Shown here one piece after another: positions 1-14,165 of a DNA stretch of 64,000 bases. This DNA is from Geosiphon pyriformis uo1 (Eukaryota > Fungi > Glomeromycota): NCBI GenBank assembly GCA_016748015.1, contig JAAOMT010000703.1:553170-617169 (forward strand), in the 5' to 3' direction. The position numbers and the translations under genes are program-made. The notes under the pieces were generated by a model that was not told the DNA's origin, did not search any database, and worked only from the letters and a program-made list of their open reading frames with translations. How positions within the stretch are numbered: the stretch's first letter is position 1; each line of letters starts with the position of its first letter.

Positions 1-645
1 TCTTTGGCTTAGTTCTGCTAATGTTCTATTCACAAAATGGGTTTCTTGGTCTAATAATAGTTTTTTTGAACATCCATGTCAACAAATCAGATCTTAATAG
101 ACGAATTTGGCAACAGATTCTATATCCACTCTTTGAATTGCTTTGGCTTCTGGCCATTTAGTAAGATAGCCCATGGCTACTGCAATATATCTGTTGTCTC
201 TGCTGGTAATTGTCAATGGTCTGACTAAATTGATTCTAATACGGTCAAATAGTTGTCACATTTTGATTGGTCTTAATGGTTTGCTGGGTTTTGTTCCTTC
301 TCTTCTTTGACAAGCATTACAATTTTGCACATATTAGATGATGTCTGAATATATTGATGGCCAATAATATCTCTTTCTGGTTCTTTCTATGGTTGCCTCT
401 TTATGAAAATGTCTTGCAGTTGGATCTGAGTGCATATTGCACAGTATTGTCTCCTTTTCTGGTTCTGTAATTACTCTAATTGGTTGATCTGAATCTTTTC
501 TATTTTTCTGATAAAGTATATTTTGGTGAGTGATAAAATATTTGGATTGTTGTTTGATCCTCTTTTGTTCTGGTTGAGATAATTTCTTCTTGAACTGTTG
601 AGTATCTATATAATGTTGAAGTTGTTGATATTTTTGTGTATTCAT
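1..645 (-). pseudogene. Element A stand-alone integrase ORF (N-terminal part), with internal stops
   Basis: Own ATG at 645 (MNTQKYQQLQHY); HHCC region (MHSDPTARHF...RYYWP...CNACQ); first catalytic D region and KWPEAK; starts 61 nt after the RNaseH stop. Confidence 0.88.
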
Positions 646-706
646 CTTTTGTTATATTTTCATGAGTATTATTTTGGTTTTGTTATATTTTTGGGTTGAA
701 ATGTTC

Positions 707-3700
707 TTAGATTTGTCTTATTTGCGACAAATCATTAGCATTTCTGTTGTCTTTTCTCTTTTTATAATATATGGTATAAGTATATGATGCAAGTGCCATT
801 TTCCATCTTGATTGTCTGTCATCTTCAAATTCTTGTTTCTGAAATGATGTCAGTCCTTTGTGATCTGTATACACTTTAAACTTCTGGCTCAAGTATTTTT
901 TCCATTTCATGACTGCCCAATAGATCACTAAATGTTCTAATTCTAGTGTTCTATAGTTCTTTTCAGCTGGAGTTAAACTTCGACTGGCATATGCTACTGG
1001 ATGTTCTCTTCCATCTGGTCCTCTCTGAGATAGTACTGCTTCCAATGTTTGATCTGATACATTGGTAGTAATAATGAATGGTTTACTATGATCTGGATAT
1101 ATTAGTACTGAAACTTGAATGAGCTTTTTTCTTAGTGTGTTAAAAGCTTCTTGTTAAGTTTCAGTCCGTTTATATTTCACATTCTTGGTTTGGAGATGAT
1201 TGAGTGGCTGAGCTATTCTTGAAAAGTTTTTAATAAAGCATTAATAATAGCTAGCAAATCCCAAGAATGATTGTAGTTCTATCACATTGGTTGGTACTGG
1301 AAAGTTTTTTACTATTTCTATTTTCTCTGGATCTGTTTTTATGCTGTCTTTGCTAACTATGTATCCTAAAAATTTTAGTTCTGTTTTGGCAAAAAAACAC
1401 TTTGTTGCATTCAATTTTAATTCTGCTCATCGTAGTCTTTTGAACACTTGTTGAAAATGATGTAGATGATCATTGAATGTTTTTGAGAACACATTGGTGT
1501 CATCCAAGTATACAACTACTGATTTCCACAATAAGCCAGTGTACATGATTTCTATTAGCTGTTGGAATATAGCTGGAGCATTGGTTAAGCCGAATGGCAT
1601 AATTTCAAACTCAAAGTTTCTCTCTCTTGTGGTAAACACTGTTTTTTCTTTGTCAACTAGATCTATGGCTACTTGCCAGTAACCACTATCCAAGTCTAAT
1701 ATTGAGAACCATTTGTTTTCACCAAAAGCGTTGAATAGTTTTTGTATTCATGGAGTTGGATAGCTGTCTCCACAAGTTACACTATTGAGTTTCCTGTAGT
1801 CTACACAAAATTGGATTTTTCTATTCTTCTTACAGATGAGTACTACTGATAATGACTATGGGCTCATTGATGGCTGAATTAACCCATTGTCAAGCATTCG
1901 ATTGATCTCTTGACAGATGATTTCATGGCTGGCTGGTGGTATTCTGTAAGCTCTTTGTTTGATTGGCATCACATCTCCAGTTTTTATCTGGTATTGGATA
2001 ATGTCAGTTCTACCAAATTCGTTTTTGCTAGCAAAGATGTTATTGAAATTATGAAGCAACATCTTAAGCTGCATACATTGAAGTGGGTCTAAGTTTCCCA
2101 TGTTCATTTGTTCCAATTGTTCTGGTTGGAGCAAATAATATTCATTTCATTTGTATATTGTTTATAATGTAATATTCACATATCCACAAAGCTATGGAAA
2201 ATCTGGAATGATGTTTGGTGGTTGATTTTCTAATTCAGTGTTAGATATCCAATGATAGTTTTTTCTGGTATTGTGATGACATCTCCTGTTGTATTATAGA
2301 TAGGAATTTTGATATGATTGTGGCTCTTAACAAGTATGTGAAGATTGATAAGTCCAATCTCTCCTGATTCATAAAGGGTTGCTTCTGCTTCAAAAATCTG
2401 TGCTTGATCCTTTACTCTCCTTTCTATTGCTAACATGTACTGGCTATATGATGCAATAAAAATTGCTTAACTGGTTGAGACAATTTCTCCTTGGCCAACA
2501 ATTTTTTTCTCTGCCATATTGACTGGTATATCTATTCTATCTGTGGATCCGAATCCCTGTATCCCTCTTGTTGTTATCCCTAATTTTTCTTTGTTTTCTA
2601 CTAATACTAATTGAGCTACTTTAACCAGAGACAGGAATATTGCCTATGCTATCTTTTCATTTGGCTTTATAATATAGGCCTTTTTTGAGTCATTTTGTAG
2701 CATGGCAATGATATTTCCTACATATCCCATGTCAATTATTTCTTCTCTTATATTTATCTCTCTTTTTACTAAACTACTCTTAAATGCTAATTGAACCTAT
2801 TGTTGTTGCCAGAATTTCCAGTGCTATTTTCAAATCAATGCAGGTACATGAATGTGGTTCCAATTTGATGGCATCTTTTCCTGGATATCTCAGATCAAAC
2901 CTGACATTGGTATCATGTGCGTGTTCTGGCATAATACCTTCATTATTATTGCTGAACCATTTAAGTTTCTGTTCCTTGGTGAGATCAGAAAGTGCAATAT
3001 ATTGTTCATAGTTTGGATCGGAGTTTAAATCTGAGTTGGAATTGTTGTCATTGTTCTCGCCATATTGGATAGAACTGAAACCAGTATTTTTGTCATCATC
3101 ATTATTGGAATTTGAATTGGGATTAAAAATTGATTCCGATTCTGATGCACAACTGCTGATTGGTTCCTCTTCTTTTTGAATTGTGTAGATTATGCGTGGT
3201 GGTGAATTGTAAATAAGATTACACTCATTACAATATTGGAAGTCACATGGAATCAAACAGTGGTCACATAGTCAAGTGTTTATTTCTTCCAACCATTGTT
3301 CTTGTTCTTTTCAAATAAGTGCCAATCATTGATAGTGCTCATAGAATTCTTCCAGATTGTTCTCAATGTTGCTAAATACATCAAATATTAGGATGTATTC
3401 AGGTTCAGGCAGAGCTAGAGGGTTGTTTTTGATTTCTAGTAGTTCACTGGTTGTCGCATTTTTTGTCTTTACACTCACTATTCTTTAGAGTTCATGTTTG
3501 TCATGTAGATATCCTTCCAATCATTGTAACACTCATTTCCAGGCATCATCAATTGGTGTTTTCTTGCGTATCCAGTTATTGATTAGGATTGTATACTGAC
3601 AGGTTTCATCACATGTTTCCCCTCTTCCAGAAATGTTGTTCCACATTCCTTCATCAAAGAGAGTTTCCCCACAAGCTAAACATAGTGTATTATCCCATTT

Positions 3701-6700
3701 TCCTACTTGTTTTGGTCTTCCAAAGCATTTGACAAGACATGCACAGCAATAAAACTTAGTTGCCATCTGGTATTCCTTATCATCACCACAGCATGTGCCT
3801 ATTGACAACAATTTCTTGCCGCAATTGACGCATATGAGCTTTGGTCAGCGATAGCTCGATAATTGTGGTGGTGTATCTGTATAAGGAGTGTAACTGGCAA
3901 TTGGTAGTGGTTTCTCTTCCTTTGCTTTTCCTTTCCCTTTTTCTCTCTTATCCCATTCCCAACTTGGTAATTCTTCTAAGTTGTGGTTGGTGTTCTAGGC
4001 TTGGTCAGCATTTCAGATAAGTTCTGTTCTCTTCTGTTTTCCTTTGCCATTGTCATTCCATGAAAGTATTGGCAGCAGCTTGTTGTGTTTTTTATCGGCC
4101 CACAAGACTTGATATGCTTCCCAGGTAGGTTTTGGTTTTTCTTCTTTGAAGTTAATTAGTGGTGCTGTGGTGTTGGTAGCTTTGAAGTGACCACACGTTG
4201 CTAATACTTGTATGTGTCGACTATTCTGGCTGAGTACTAGTTTTTAAGTCATCCAATTGAGCACGGTGTTGGTTTTGGACAGTCAGTCATTACCAACTAA
4301 AGCTTGATATTGGATGGCTTCCATCATCAGAACTTTGATGAGTACTACAATGCTATTGACTTCAATTGGAAAGTCATCAATTTTGCCAATTGGGGTTTTG
4401 GTGGCTCCATTTGTGGTGATAATTCTGGTGTTGACAGCACGATCAACTCAGCGACCTAATTGATCCATGAATTGTCATGTGATGATGTTGCCTGCTGAAC
4501 CACTGTTAAGAATTAATTTGATGGAGTGGCCATTGACCTTGGCATTAGTGTATATGGCTGTGATCGGTTTCTCTTCAAGTGCTGTTCCACTAAATAATGG
4601 CATATCTGATGGTTCCTCGAGTTCAAATGGAAAGATGAGATCCAAAGATTTATTTTCAGTAATTGTTATAAGTGAGATATTATTGATAGGTGGTTGTTGT
4701 TGTTTGATTCCCTGATTACTAGATGCAGCATCTTCTGGAGTCATCAGGAGGCTTAAATAGTGTTGGGAATTTGGGTTTTGGGTGGGACCAGTGCCCAAAT
4801 TCCACTGATGAGATCCTAATTGTTGATGAGAAGAACTGGAATCAGTTGATGTACAACCATCACCAATCTCCAGTTTTGGGTGATCCTTAATCTTGGGTTC
4901 CCTAATGTTATTTGAGCTGGATTTGCTGGTGGTGTTTGAATGGTAAGTGTTTAATAAATTGCTGGTGGCTGCAGTTAATATATTACTTGTGGCTGTGCCT
5001 GATAAATTACTTGTGACTGCAGTTGATAAACTGGAGTTTAATAAACTGGCGGTTAATAAATTGGTTGGTGTGTTATAAGCAGATAAGTGGGTTGGTATTG
5101 GTCTTGATTCAGTTGATGGTTTGGAGTTTGAAACTGGCAATCAGGGTTTCTATATTAATTTCCCAATCATAGATTGCTATAAGTATGGCAGTTGGCTTTG
5201 ATGTGCCCTTGTTTACTACAGTTGTGGCAGACATGTGTTTCTGGCTGCCATGACTGATTGGATGATGACAATGAACATAACTGATTTTGGAAATGATTTG
5301 CATTTTTTTGATTGTTATGCTGTTAAGAAGGTTGATAAATTATGTGATTGTTAGCTAAATATTCCTCTAATTTTTAATTAATTAAATTACTGAATTGCTT
5401 CAATTTGGAATCCAATTCAGATAATTCATTTATTGCTAGATTCACAGCTTAAATGTGATTAGCTTTTAGTTCAGCTGCTTTAAAATCTCTGGCATAGATA
5501 ACTGTGGTTGGAAGGTCCACTGGGTGCATTAGACGTACTCGTTGTAGGATGCTACTGCACAATCCTCTAATAAATTGATTTAAAATCTGTGGCACTATGA
5601 AATAGTCAGCTTGGATGGCTTGTATTTGGCATAGATTTCTATGGAAATGTCCCAAGTAGGTAGTGACTGCTTTAGTGTCTCTTTGTTTGATAGTTGTAAA
5701 GATGTTGGCTAATTTGTTGATACTATTATTGTTGCTAAAATACTGCAAGAATTTAGTTTTGAATCCATTAAAATTTTGGGGTTTGACAGTGAGGCTTTAA
5801 TACCATGTATTAGCAGTATCCTGGAGAAAATAAGGGATCGCTTGTATTGCTCTAACATCATCCCAATTATTGGCTGTAATGGCTTTGGCTACGTCATTTA
5901 ACCAGACTTAGGCATTGTCTTCTTTACTGTTGAATTTGTTAAGTTTTGTAATGGGTGCATAAGCCATTTGTTGTTGCTGTAGTGATAGAAGTTGTTGTTG
6001 TTGTTGAGGCAGTACTGGTGGTAGTTGTTGATTTTGTTGGTTTAGTGGTTAGATGGCCAATTGGTTTAACAAGTGGTTGATTGATGATAATAACTGAAAG
6101 TAAGTATTAATTAATTGCTTTGGGTTTAGATTGTTTTGATTTAGTGAAGTTTAAATATTTGGAGTGTCATTTTCCTAATTGTCCAAATTTGGCTGGGTTT
6201 GAAAGTTCGGAGTTTCAATTTCCGGGTTTTCTAGGATCAAGTTTTGGTAAGTAAATTCTTGATCCTCAGATTTTTTTTCCTCTTCTACTTCTTGTTCTTC
6301 TTCCAATTCAGTAATTTTCCAAAGACTTGTGATTCTGAAATTCAGTTAAGGTGGCAGTAATCAAAATCCTGATGGTATCGGCAATCGAGATTTAAATCCT
6401 TCAAAATACTTGCCATATGGTCCTAGTAGATTCTTTTTTCTTTGTTTACTTTGAAATAGGAAACATTCAAATGCTGATGTCATATTTGATGTGGACACGT
6501 CTGTTAATGATATATTGATGGCACTTCTAGTGGTATAATGGTAGGATGGGTTGTTTGGGGACTTAACTCTAATTTTCTTCCAAGTGGGTGGTTGTATTTT
6601 TTGAGGTGTTACTGCTGGTGTTTATAGTTTTCCTTTGTCTTTACTTGTGTAAGTAATTGGATATTTTTGCTGTGTGTGGTGTTCAATTTTTTTGTTGAAC

Positions 6701-6957
6701 TCAGTAATGATGGATGCAAAATTATAATTTGTGGGTAGACTGGTGTTTTGAATTAATTTGTTGTAAAAAGTTTCTCTCGCTAATTCAATATTCACAGATG
6801 TTTCTAACAGATAGACAATCCTTTCGTTGACATAGAAATTGAAAGCTGATTCTGCTGATATGTGATTATGGATTAATCTCAAATGTTGACAGTAATGTTG
6901 AAATAAAAATTTTGCGAATCCTAGATGGTTTGCTCCAATATTTTCTAATTCTGCCAC
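707..6957 (-). pseudogene. Element A Gag-PR-Cys-rich-dUTPase-RT-RNaseH polyprotein remnant
   Basis: ORF-track fragments 6622-7017, 5449-5748, 4475-5140, 3533-3811, 2780-3256, 1856-2134, 1427-1693 and 707-1045 are collinear with element B ORF1; dUTPase motif 5 (RGIQGFGST) at ~2545-2575. Confidence 0.88.
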
Positions 6958-6999
6958 TTTTGAATGGGGTTGTTGGTGCTGGTTCTCTGTAAGATTATA

Positions 7000-7016
7000 C
7001 CTCACAGGGAGCACCA
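7000..7016 (-). other. Primer binding site of A (TGGTGCTCCCTGTGAGG)
   Basis: Starts with TGG 2 nt after the LTR end GTAACA; complementary to a tRNA 3' end ...GGGAGCACCA (tRNA identity not determined). Confidence 0.85.
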
Positions 7017-7018
7017 AA

Positions 7019-7863
7019 TGTTACGAGTGATTCTTTGGGGTCTCAAATTAAATAACAAACCTGTAACTTGGTGCTAAAAGTTATTTGCATTGATGTTAAT
7101 AATCTGAAGGTTTTGTATCTGAAGGTTTCAGTTTGAGTTCTTGGTATAATAGACAGAGATTCAATAGTTGTTTTATCTATAGCTTCCCAGAATCGCAATT
7201 CTGTTAATTCTTTTCTTGGCATGATGGCCAGCAATCTTCTGGTAAGTATTCCGTATCTTCTGTACATGTTTTACCCTCTTGCAGGGGTCTTTTATCAGGC
7301 AATTCTTGATGTCAGTAATCTAGTGCTTTATTTAACCAATTAGTGCACAACAATAAAATCAAAATAAAATAAAGAAGAGAAATAAAAGAAAATCATAAAT
7401 AAGCCAAGGCAATTTTGCAAGTCAGTATCCTGTCAATAGCCATGATCAAGAGCTATTGTTCCAGTGTGTTTAAGTATCAATTACTATCAACATGGAGTGT
7501 TGATAATAGAATTAGGTTTGAGATACCAAATAGTTATTTATTGTGTTTGGAAGGTTGTTTAGATGAAATCTAAACTTGATGGTCCTTTCTTTTAGCTTCT
7601 AATCCTACTGCTATATATACATAATTAAGATTCCTTAATTTCTCAATTCTTCACAACAGGAATCCTGGAATTTCTGGAATCCTGCAATTCCTTTAAAAGG
7701 AATCCTGGAATTCTGGAATCCTGCAATTCCTTATAAAAATCCTGTAATTCCTAGAATCCTGCAATTTCTGAGAGGAATCCTAAAATTCCATATTTTACTA
7801 CATCTACTTCTGATTGGCTAATAACTATGCTAATATATATTCTCTATATTTCTATGAATAACA
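7019..7863 (-). repeat. 5' LTR of element A (~845 bp) with CCAAT box, GGAATCCTG(C/G)AATT tandem array (~7658-7790) and TATATATAGC motif
   Basis: TGTTA..TAACA termini; similar along its length to 57727-58592, and in the PBS-proximal half to 58760-59666 and 49686-50597. Confidence 0.85.
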
Positions 7864-9750
7864 CTATATACTCTAATATTAATACTTATATTTACAGTTA
7901 AAAAGTAAACAGCTGTTCTACTAGCAATCTTAACAAAACCAGCATATTTTAAAGATCTATCTATATAAGCTTTAATAAAACTAGACCAAATTTTATTTAC
8001 ATACTCTTGCACATTAAAAAACTCTTCAAATTTCAAAATATTTATGCCAAATAATTCACTAATATTGGTAAAATAAATTAATATAAAACTTTTATTACAC
8101 AAAAACTTTAATATTAGTCTAAACTAATAAAACACAAGACTTTTAAGATTTAATTTTTTCTATTAATAAAATATCTTCCAATCTATTATATTTTTTTTTG
8201 TTTAAAAGTCTGTTATTAAATACTATTTTAAACTGTTTAATAAATAAACAAAACTATAGTATAAGTCTTTTTCTAAAATATCCAACATTAAAAATCTACC
8301 AAAACTATAAAATACATTAAACAAATTGTTTATTAAGAATAAATTATTGTTCAAAAAAATTTTTACCACTTCAGTCAAAAAATTGTTTATAGGACTAACA
8401 CACAATTTAACAAAAAACTGCAAAAAATTCAAAAAAACTTATTCCAAAATTTGTAAATTCAAAAACATATGTTCAAACAAACATCCAAGAATGTTTAAAG
8501 TATTAGAAAAAATAACCAATGAAACCAACTTTTCTTTAAACTATACTTATTTAAAAAATTTTAAATTATACAAGAAAAAATAATATAAAGTCTTATTAGA
8601 AAAGTCCTATGACAAATTAGTCTTAGTCTTGAAATTTTTTTTAATCATTATATTTTACTTATAATATATATTTGATAAGATAAAACTAAATTGTAATTGA
8701 TAATTAATTATAAATTATAAGACAACTAATACTAAATAAGAAAATTACTTATCTATAATCATTTTTTTTAACATTATATTAAAAAAAAATCTAATATTAG
8801 TATGAACTTAAGCTATATTAAGCTTGGAAAAATCTTCAATCTTTAAAAAAATTTCCAAGTATTTATGTAAATTATTTTTTTTAACAATTAAAATTAACAA
8901 GTCACTAATTGTTAACAAAATAGTTTTAATACTTTGATTAATAAAAATAGCTATTATTTTTTCATTATTAATTAAAATGCTATTGATATTAAAAAACTTA
9001 TTAGTAATATTTAAATATATTATGTAAAAATTTAGCTACTCTTAATTCAAATTGTATTATTAATAAAGATATTAACAATAAAAAATGATGATTTTTTTCT
9101 ACTATCTTTAATTTTGTCAATTATGAATATTTATTTATTTAATAATAATATTTATAATTAATTTGATAATATTTAAAGATACTAAAATTATATAAAAGTT
9201 TTAATAAATATAATAAAATTAGTAACTTATTAATTATATAATATTTATATTAATATATTTATAGTTAAATACTTTTAGAATTGCATAAATTTTTTATAAA
9301 TAAATCAAAAAAATTAGTATTTTTTTTATTTGAATTATATAAATTCTCTATTTAAATATTACATTTATTTTTTTAATTATTAAAAGCTTTTAATATAAGC
9401 AAATTAAGAGCAAATATTACATAAAATTATTAGTAAAAATTAAATCTGTTAAATTATTTTTATTAAGTTTTTTAAAAAATACTAAAAATAAAATAAATAT
9501 TAATAATAAAAAACCAAAAATTAAAAAAATTAAAAAAAACCCAAAAAAATTAAAAAATTAAAAAATCTGATAAAATTAAACAAAAACCTAAAAAAATTAT
9601 AAATTTTACTATAAATAAAAACTGTAATAATAATAAATTATATAATAATATTAGTAACAAATACCAAAAAAAACTACTTACTTAGGAAATTTTTAACAAT
9701 TAAAAATTATTTCCTAAATATTATTAAAAACAGTATTAAAAAACAAAAAA
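7864..9750 (-). mobile_element. Heavily AT-mutated LINE ORF2 fragment (RT to RNaseH); target of element A
   Basis: Translation AYIDRSLKYAG..RTAVYF matches the LINE RNaseH motif VYTDGSL...GAAVFF; the reverse complement near 8950-9025 matches 'ILNVVSEFF.INDISINN.K.VAIPIN' of the better-preserved LINEs. Right end approximate. Confidence 0.7.
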
Positions 9751-10226
9751 AAATATATTAATTTTATTTTTATTTAATTATTTTAATTTTTAAGATTAAA
9801 TAATTTAATAAGTTAATTAAGTAAAAATATTCAAAAACATATTTTGTTTTGTTTTTAAAATTAGTAATAATTTACTAAAAACCATTATATTTAATAATAC
9901 AACTAAGAATTAATCTTGGCTTATTTTAAAAAACATATTATTATTATTATTATTTATATTAAAAAAAATTTAAATATTATTAAACAAATTTTATTCAAAA
10001 TTTTATTTAAAATTACAAAAAAGTTTAGTATAATAATAATAAATACAAATAATAATTATTATTTTTTAAAGTTTTTAGTTTTTTAATCATTTATAAAGTA
10101 ATAATAAATAGTAATAATAATAAAAACAAAAAAAACCAATTTGTTAATTAATATATTATTATTATTATTATTAAATTTTAGAGTTTTTAAAAAAAATAAA
10201 AACAATATTAAGATTAATCTTAATAT

Positions 10227-13200
10227 TGTTACAAGTGGAATTTTAGTCATTAAATAACATAAAATTACCTTATAAATTCTTATTATTAATTAATATATAT
10301 TATTATTATTCAAATTATTACTTATTATGTAATTAAAAATTATTAAAAATTGCTATTTAATTAATAACTTAATTTGTACAATAAAAATTAAGATGATCAA
10401 ATTACACAATATATCAAATTATTGTTACTAATAGAATTTTAGTTGTAAATTAACATAAAATTACTTTTATAATTCTTATTATTAATTAGCATATATTAAT
10501 ATTATTTTAATTATTACTTATTACTTAATTAAATTATTGAATATTACTATTTAATTAATAATATAATTTGTACAATAAAAATTAAGATAATTAAATTACA
10601 CAATACCTCAAACTATATAATATTTAAGAATTTACCAAAATTTATAGAAATTTGCTAAAATAATAAATAATTTACTAAAATAGTTAATAGTTTAATAAAA
10701 TAACTTGTAGTTTGTTAAAATATATTTTTAGTTTAATAAAATCATAGCAAAAAAAAAAGCTTAAGTTTATAGACTAGTATTACAACAAATTATATAAAAG
10801 AAGAGCTTTTTTTTTCAAAAAAATGTATCTTATCATAAATATTTTATTTTTCTTTAGATTTATCCTCATTAGTACAATTTAATAATAAAAAATATATTTA
10901 AAAAACCAATTCTTGAAATAATTACACTTAATATTCTTTAAAACAGAACTAATATTTTGAAATTAATTAGCTACCAATTTTAGTAAATCATTAGTGACTT
11001 CAAATCTGGACCAGAAAACGATTTTTTTAATGAAATTTTATTTTTTTTATTTTCTCTTCTTTTTTTATTATAATTATTAAGATAGTCTATAGATAAGATT
11101 CTTGTAGAAAAATTGACTTTTACAGCAAAAGTAATTACACATTTTAGTGAACTTTCAAATAAGAAATTCTTAAGAAAGAATTGATGTTTACTACAATATA
11201 ACTATATAAAGTAATTGACATAAAATTGGCTATTCTACTTATAAGCCCAGTAGTTCAAATTATAGAAAATAATTTGAAAATAAATTCAGTTATCAAAAAT
11301 TTAATAGCTTCCAATAAATATAAATTAAACAGTGAATTAATATTAACAATAATTAAGAAAAAAGACCAAAATTTTTTGGTAATATTTGATGCTTTTTCAT
11401 AAAAATAACACAGCAACAACAACTTCAAAGTGGTAACCACAACTGACACAACAACTTTAGAATATTATTAGTTAATTTACATTTATTGTAAGCAAAAATT
11501 TAATATTTAAGATGAAATTGAAATTTTCAAGAAATCATTATACCAATATATTGAGAATTATATCAATAATTATTTTTTTAGAAACTATAACATTTTAGAA
11601 ATCAGAAAAAATCTCTATAAAAACCTACTATACTATTTTTACTTAAAAACAAAAGACTTTAACAGTAAAGTACTTAATATCTATTTCTAAAAACTTAACT
11701 TCAACATTATTCAATATTACAAAAAAAAATATTTAGTACAGTTCAAATACTTTCTTAACTTTAAATTAGAACCAAAAAATAACAACAGTAAAAAGCAAAA
11801 AAAAAAAACACTTTATATTAGCTATACAACTAACAACATATTAAGAACAACTGCCAAATATTTGCAAACATCTAAATAAGGAACCAGTATTAAATTACTA
11901 TTTTTTATTATACTATTTCTATTTTTACTTCCTCAATTACAAATACCCAATTCACTTCTTATTTAGTTTTTAAGACCAAAAAACTTTACTTTACCAAAAA
12001 ACCCAATATAACAGCTAAAACAAATTATTATTAACACAAATCTTCTTGACTTTCTAATAAAACACCAGAATAATTACTCTGATAATAACAAAAACACTTT
12101 TGAATTCACCAAAAAAAAACTGACAAAAACAAAAATACAAAAGACATAACAACCACTTATATTACAAAAATTACTGAATTTACTAGAAAAAATACTAACA
12201 CCAGTCCACAAAAATGATTCAACAAAGTCCAGAAAGCAGAAAATACAAATAAATAGAATGCTGTGAAAATATTCAAAGCTATTTTTTATTTTTTTCAAAA
12301 AACTGTAGATGAATGATTTGAAAACTTAAATAAACTCTTCAAAATCTGACAAGTATTCAAAGATGTTTTTCTAAAACAATTTACTAACAACAACATCCCT
12401 ATTACTTTTTAAAACTGATTCCAAAACATTAAGTAAGAACATCTAAATCTGTTATGATTTATTTTACAAAGTTTAACAGACTTTTTTAATGAATTTGACA
12501 ATTAAAAACTAACAAGTATTATTTTAATGCACAAATTTTGAACCAATTTATAGCTAAATTAAAAAACTAATTAATTAAGAAAGTTTGTTTTTATGCTTTA
12601 GCAAAGCTAGTTACAGCTATTTAACATGTAAAAAACTACAAAATGACAATAAAAAAAGCTAATCACACCAAACTTGTAAACTTAGTTATTGAAAAAACCA
12701 GTTCAGCCAATTAATATTTTGAATTTGATTAATTACCAATTTCAATAAATCATTAGTGACTTCAAATCTGGACCAGAAAACGATTTCTTTAACAAAATTC
12801 TATTTCTTTTACATTTTTTTTCTTTTTTTTTCTTTTTTTATTATAATTATTAAAATAGTCTATAAACAAAATTTCTGTAAAAAAGTTAACTTTTACAGCA
12901 AAAGTAACTACACATTTTAATAAACTTTTAGACAAGCAATTTCTGGGAAAAAATTAACATTTACTACAACATAACTATACAAAATAACTGGCATAAAATT
13001 GGCTATTTTGTTTATAAATCCAGCAGTTCAAATTATAAGAAATAATTTAAAGATAAATTCAGTTATTAAAAGTTCAATAGCTTCTAATAAACGTGAATTA
13101 AACAGCAAATTAATATTAACAACAATTAAAAAAAGAGACCAAAAATCTCTAGTAATATCATATAATATTTAAAAATTCACTGAAATTTGTAAAACTTTGT

Positions 13201-13775
13201 AAAAATAATGAATAATTTACTAAAATAGTTAATAGCTCAACAAAATAATTTGTAGTTTGTCAAAATATATCTTTAATTTATTAAAATTATAACAAAGAGA
13301 AAAAATTCAAGTTTACAGACTAATATTATAACAAATTATATAAAAAAAGAGCTTCTCTCTTTGAAAAAATGTATTTTTCTTTAGAATTATTTAATTATAA
13401 ATATCTTACTTTAGATTTATTCTCATTAATACAATTCAAAATAAAAATATACTTCAAAAAACAAAATTTTGAAATTATTATACTTAATATTCTTCAAAAT
13501 CTAACTAATGTTTTGAAATTAATTAGCTATTAATTTTAGTAAATCATTAGTGACTTTAAACTTAGACCAGAAATAATTTTCTTAAACAAAATCTTTTTTT
13601 TTACATTTCTTTTATTTTCTTTTATTTTTCTTATTATAAGCATTAAGGTAGCTTACAGATGAGATTTCTGTAGAAAAATCAACTTTTACAGCAAAGTAAC
13701 TACATATTTTTAGTAAGCTTTTAAATAAGCAATTTCTAAAAAGAGTTGAATTTTACAGCAAAATAACTATACATT
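10227..13775 (+). mobile_element. Decayed B-family LTR (10227-10422 + 13162-~13775) interrupted by an internally deleted B-family element B' (10423-13157)
   Basis: TGTTAC starts at 10227 and 10423. Inner LTR ends at 11384, then a decayed PBS and gag homologous to 18436-19770, joined at ~12710 to a partial 3' LTR ending at 13157. Flanks TTAT/TCAT. Confidence 0.75.
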
Positions 13776-14165
13776 TTAGTAGATATTAATAACATTCAAA
13801 AAAAGAGTTCAAAATTTTTTGATAATAATATATTTTTTAAAAAAAATTTTAATTGAAATAAAAACTATTAATTAAAAATAAAAGTTATTAAAATATTTTA
13901 TTTATTGTTTTAATAACAAAAAATTTTTTTTTTATTGAAATTTTATTAGTTATTATAAAAAAAATAACATTTAAAACTTTTTTATTTTTTTTCTAATTAT
14001 AATTATAAAATTAAAAAAAAAAATTAAAACTTCTTTCTATCCTTTGTCCCAAATTCCTAAAAAAGAGTCAAAAGTTTTTTGAAAAAAGTTTTTACAATTT
14101 AGTACAATAAATCAAAACCATTTTTGCTTAACTAAAAAACCGTTGTTGATTCTAGTGTGGCTGTG

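Larger units (their letters stand above)
1..7863 (-). mobile_element. Ty3/Gypsy LTR retrotransposon A (dUTPase-bearing), decayed; 3' end lies left of the window
   Basis: Minus-strand order: LTR, PBS, gag (CHNC..GH...C knuckle), PR (LILNSGS), Cys-rich domain, dUTPase, RT (MPFGLTNAP, YLDD), RNaseH (VAYASRSL..AEKNY), integrase. Confidence 0.93.

Noticed and set aside
4840-5140. S/T-rich N-terminus of the 221-aa ORF, and a possible programmed gag/pol frameshift in A
   Set aside because: It is an alternative frame of the Q/P-rich Gag tail; D reads through this point in one frame, so A carries a 1-nt deletion.
7043-7267. 74-aa ORF within the LTR of A
   Set aside because: The homologous D LTR has indels that are not multiples of 3, so the frame is not conserved.
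7658-7790. Short tandem arrays (also ~31630-31680, 38630-38705, 58417-58520, 58855-58980) as CRISPR-like arrays
   Set aside because: No unique spacers; they are LTR-internal U3 repeats in eukaryotic DNA.
8223-12298. K/N/I/F-rich short ORFs (also 47046-49302) as organellar or AT-rich genes
   Set aside because: They are hypermutated TE remnants, collinear with better-preserved copies in this window.
14005-14026. TSD of LINE 1 (AAAATTA-like, vs ~30459-30465)
   Set aside because: Too low in complexity to call with confidence.
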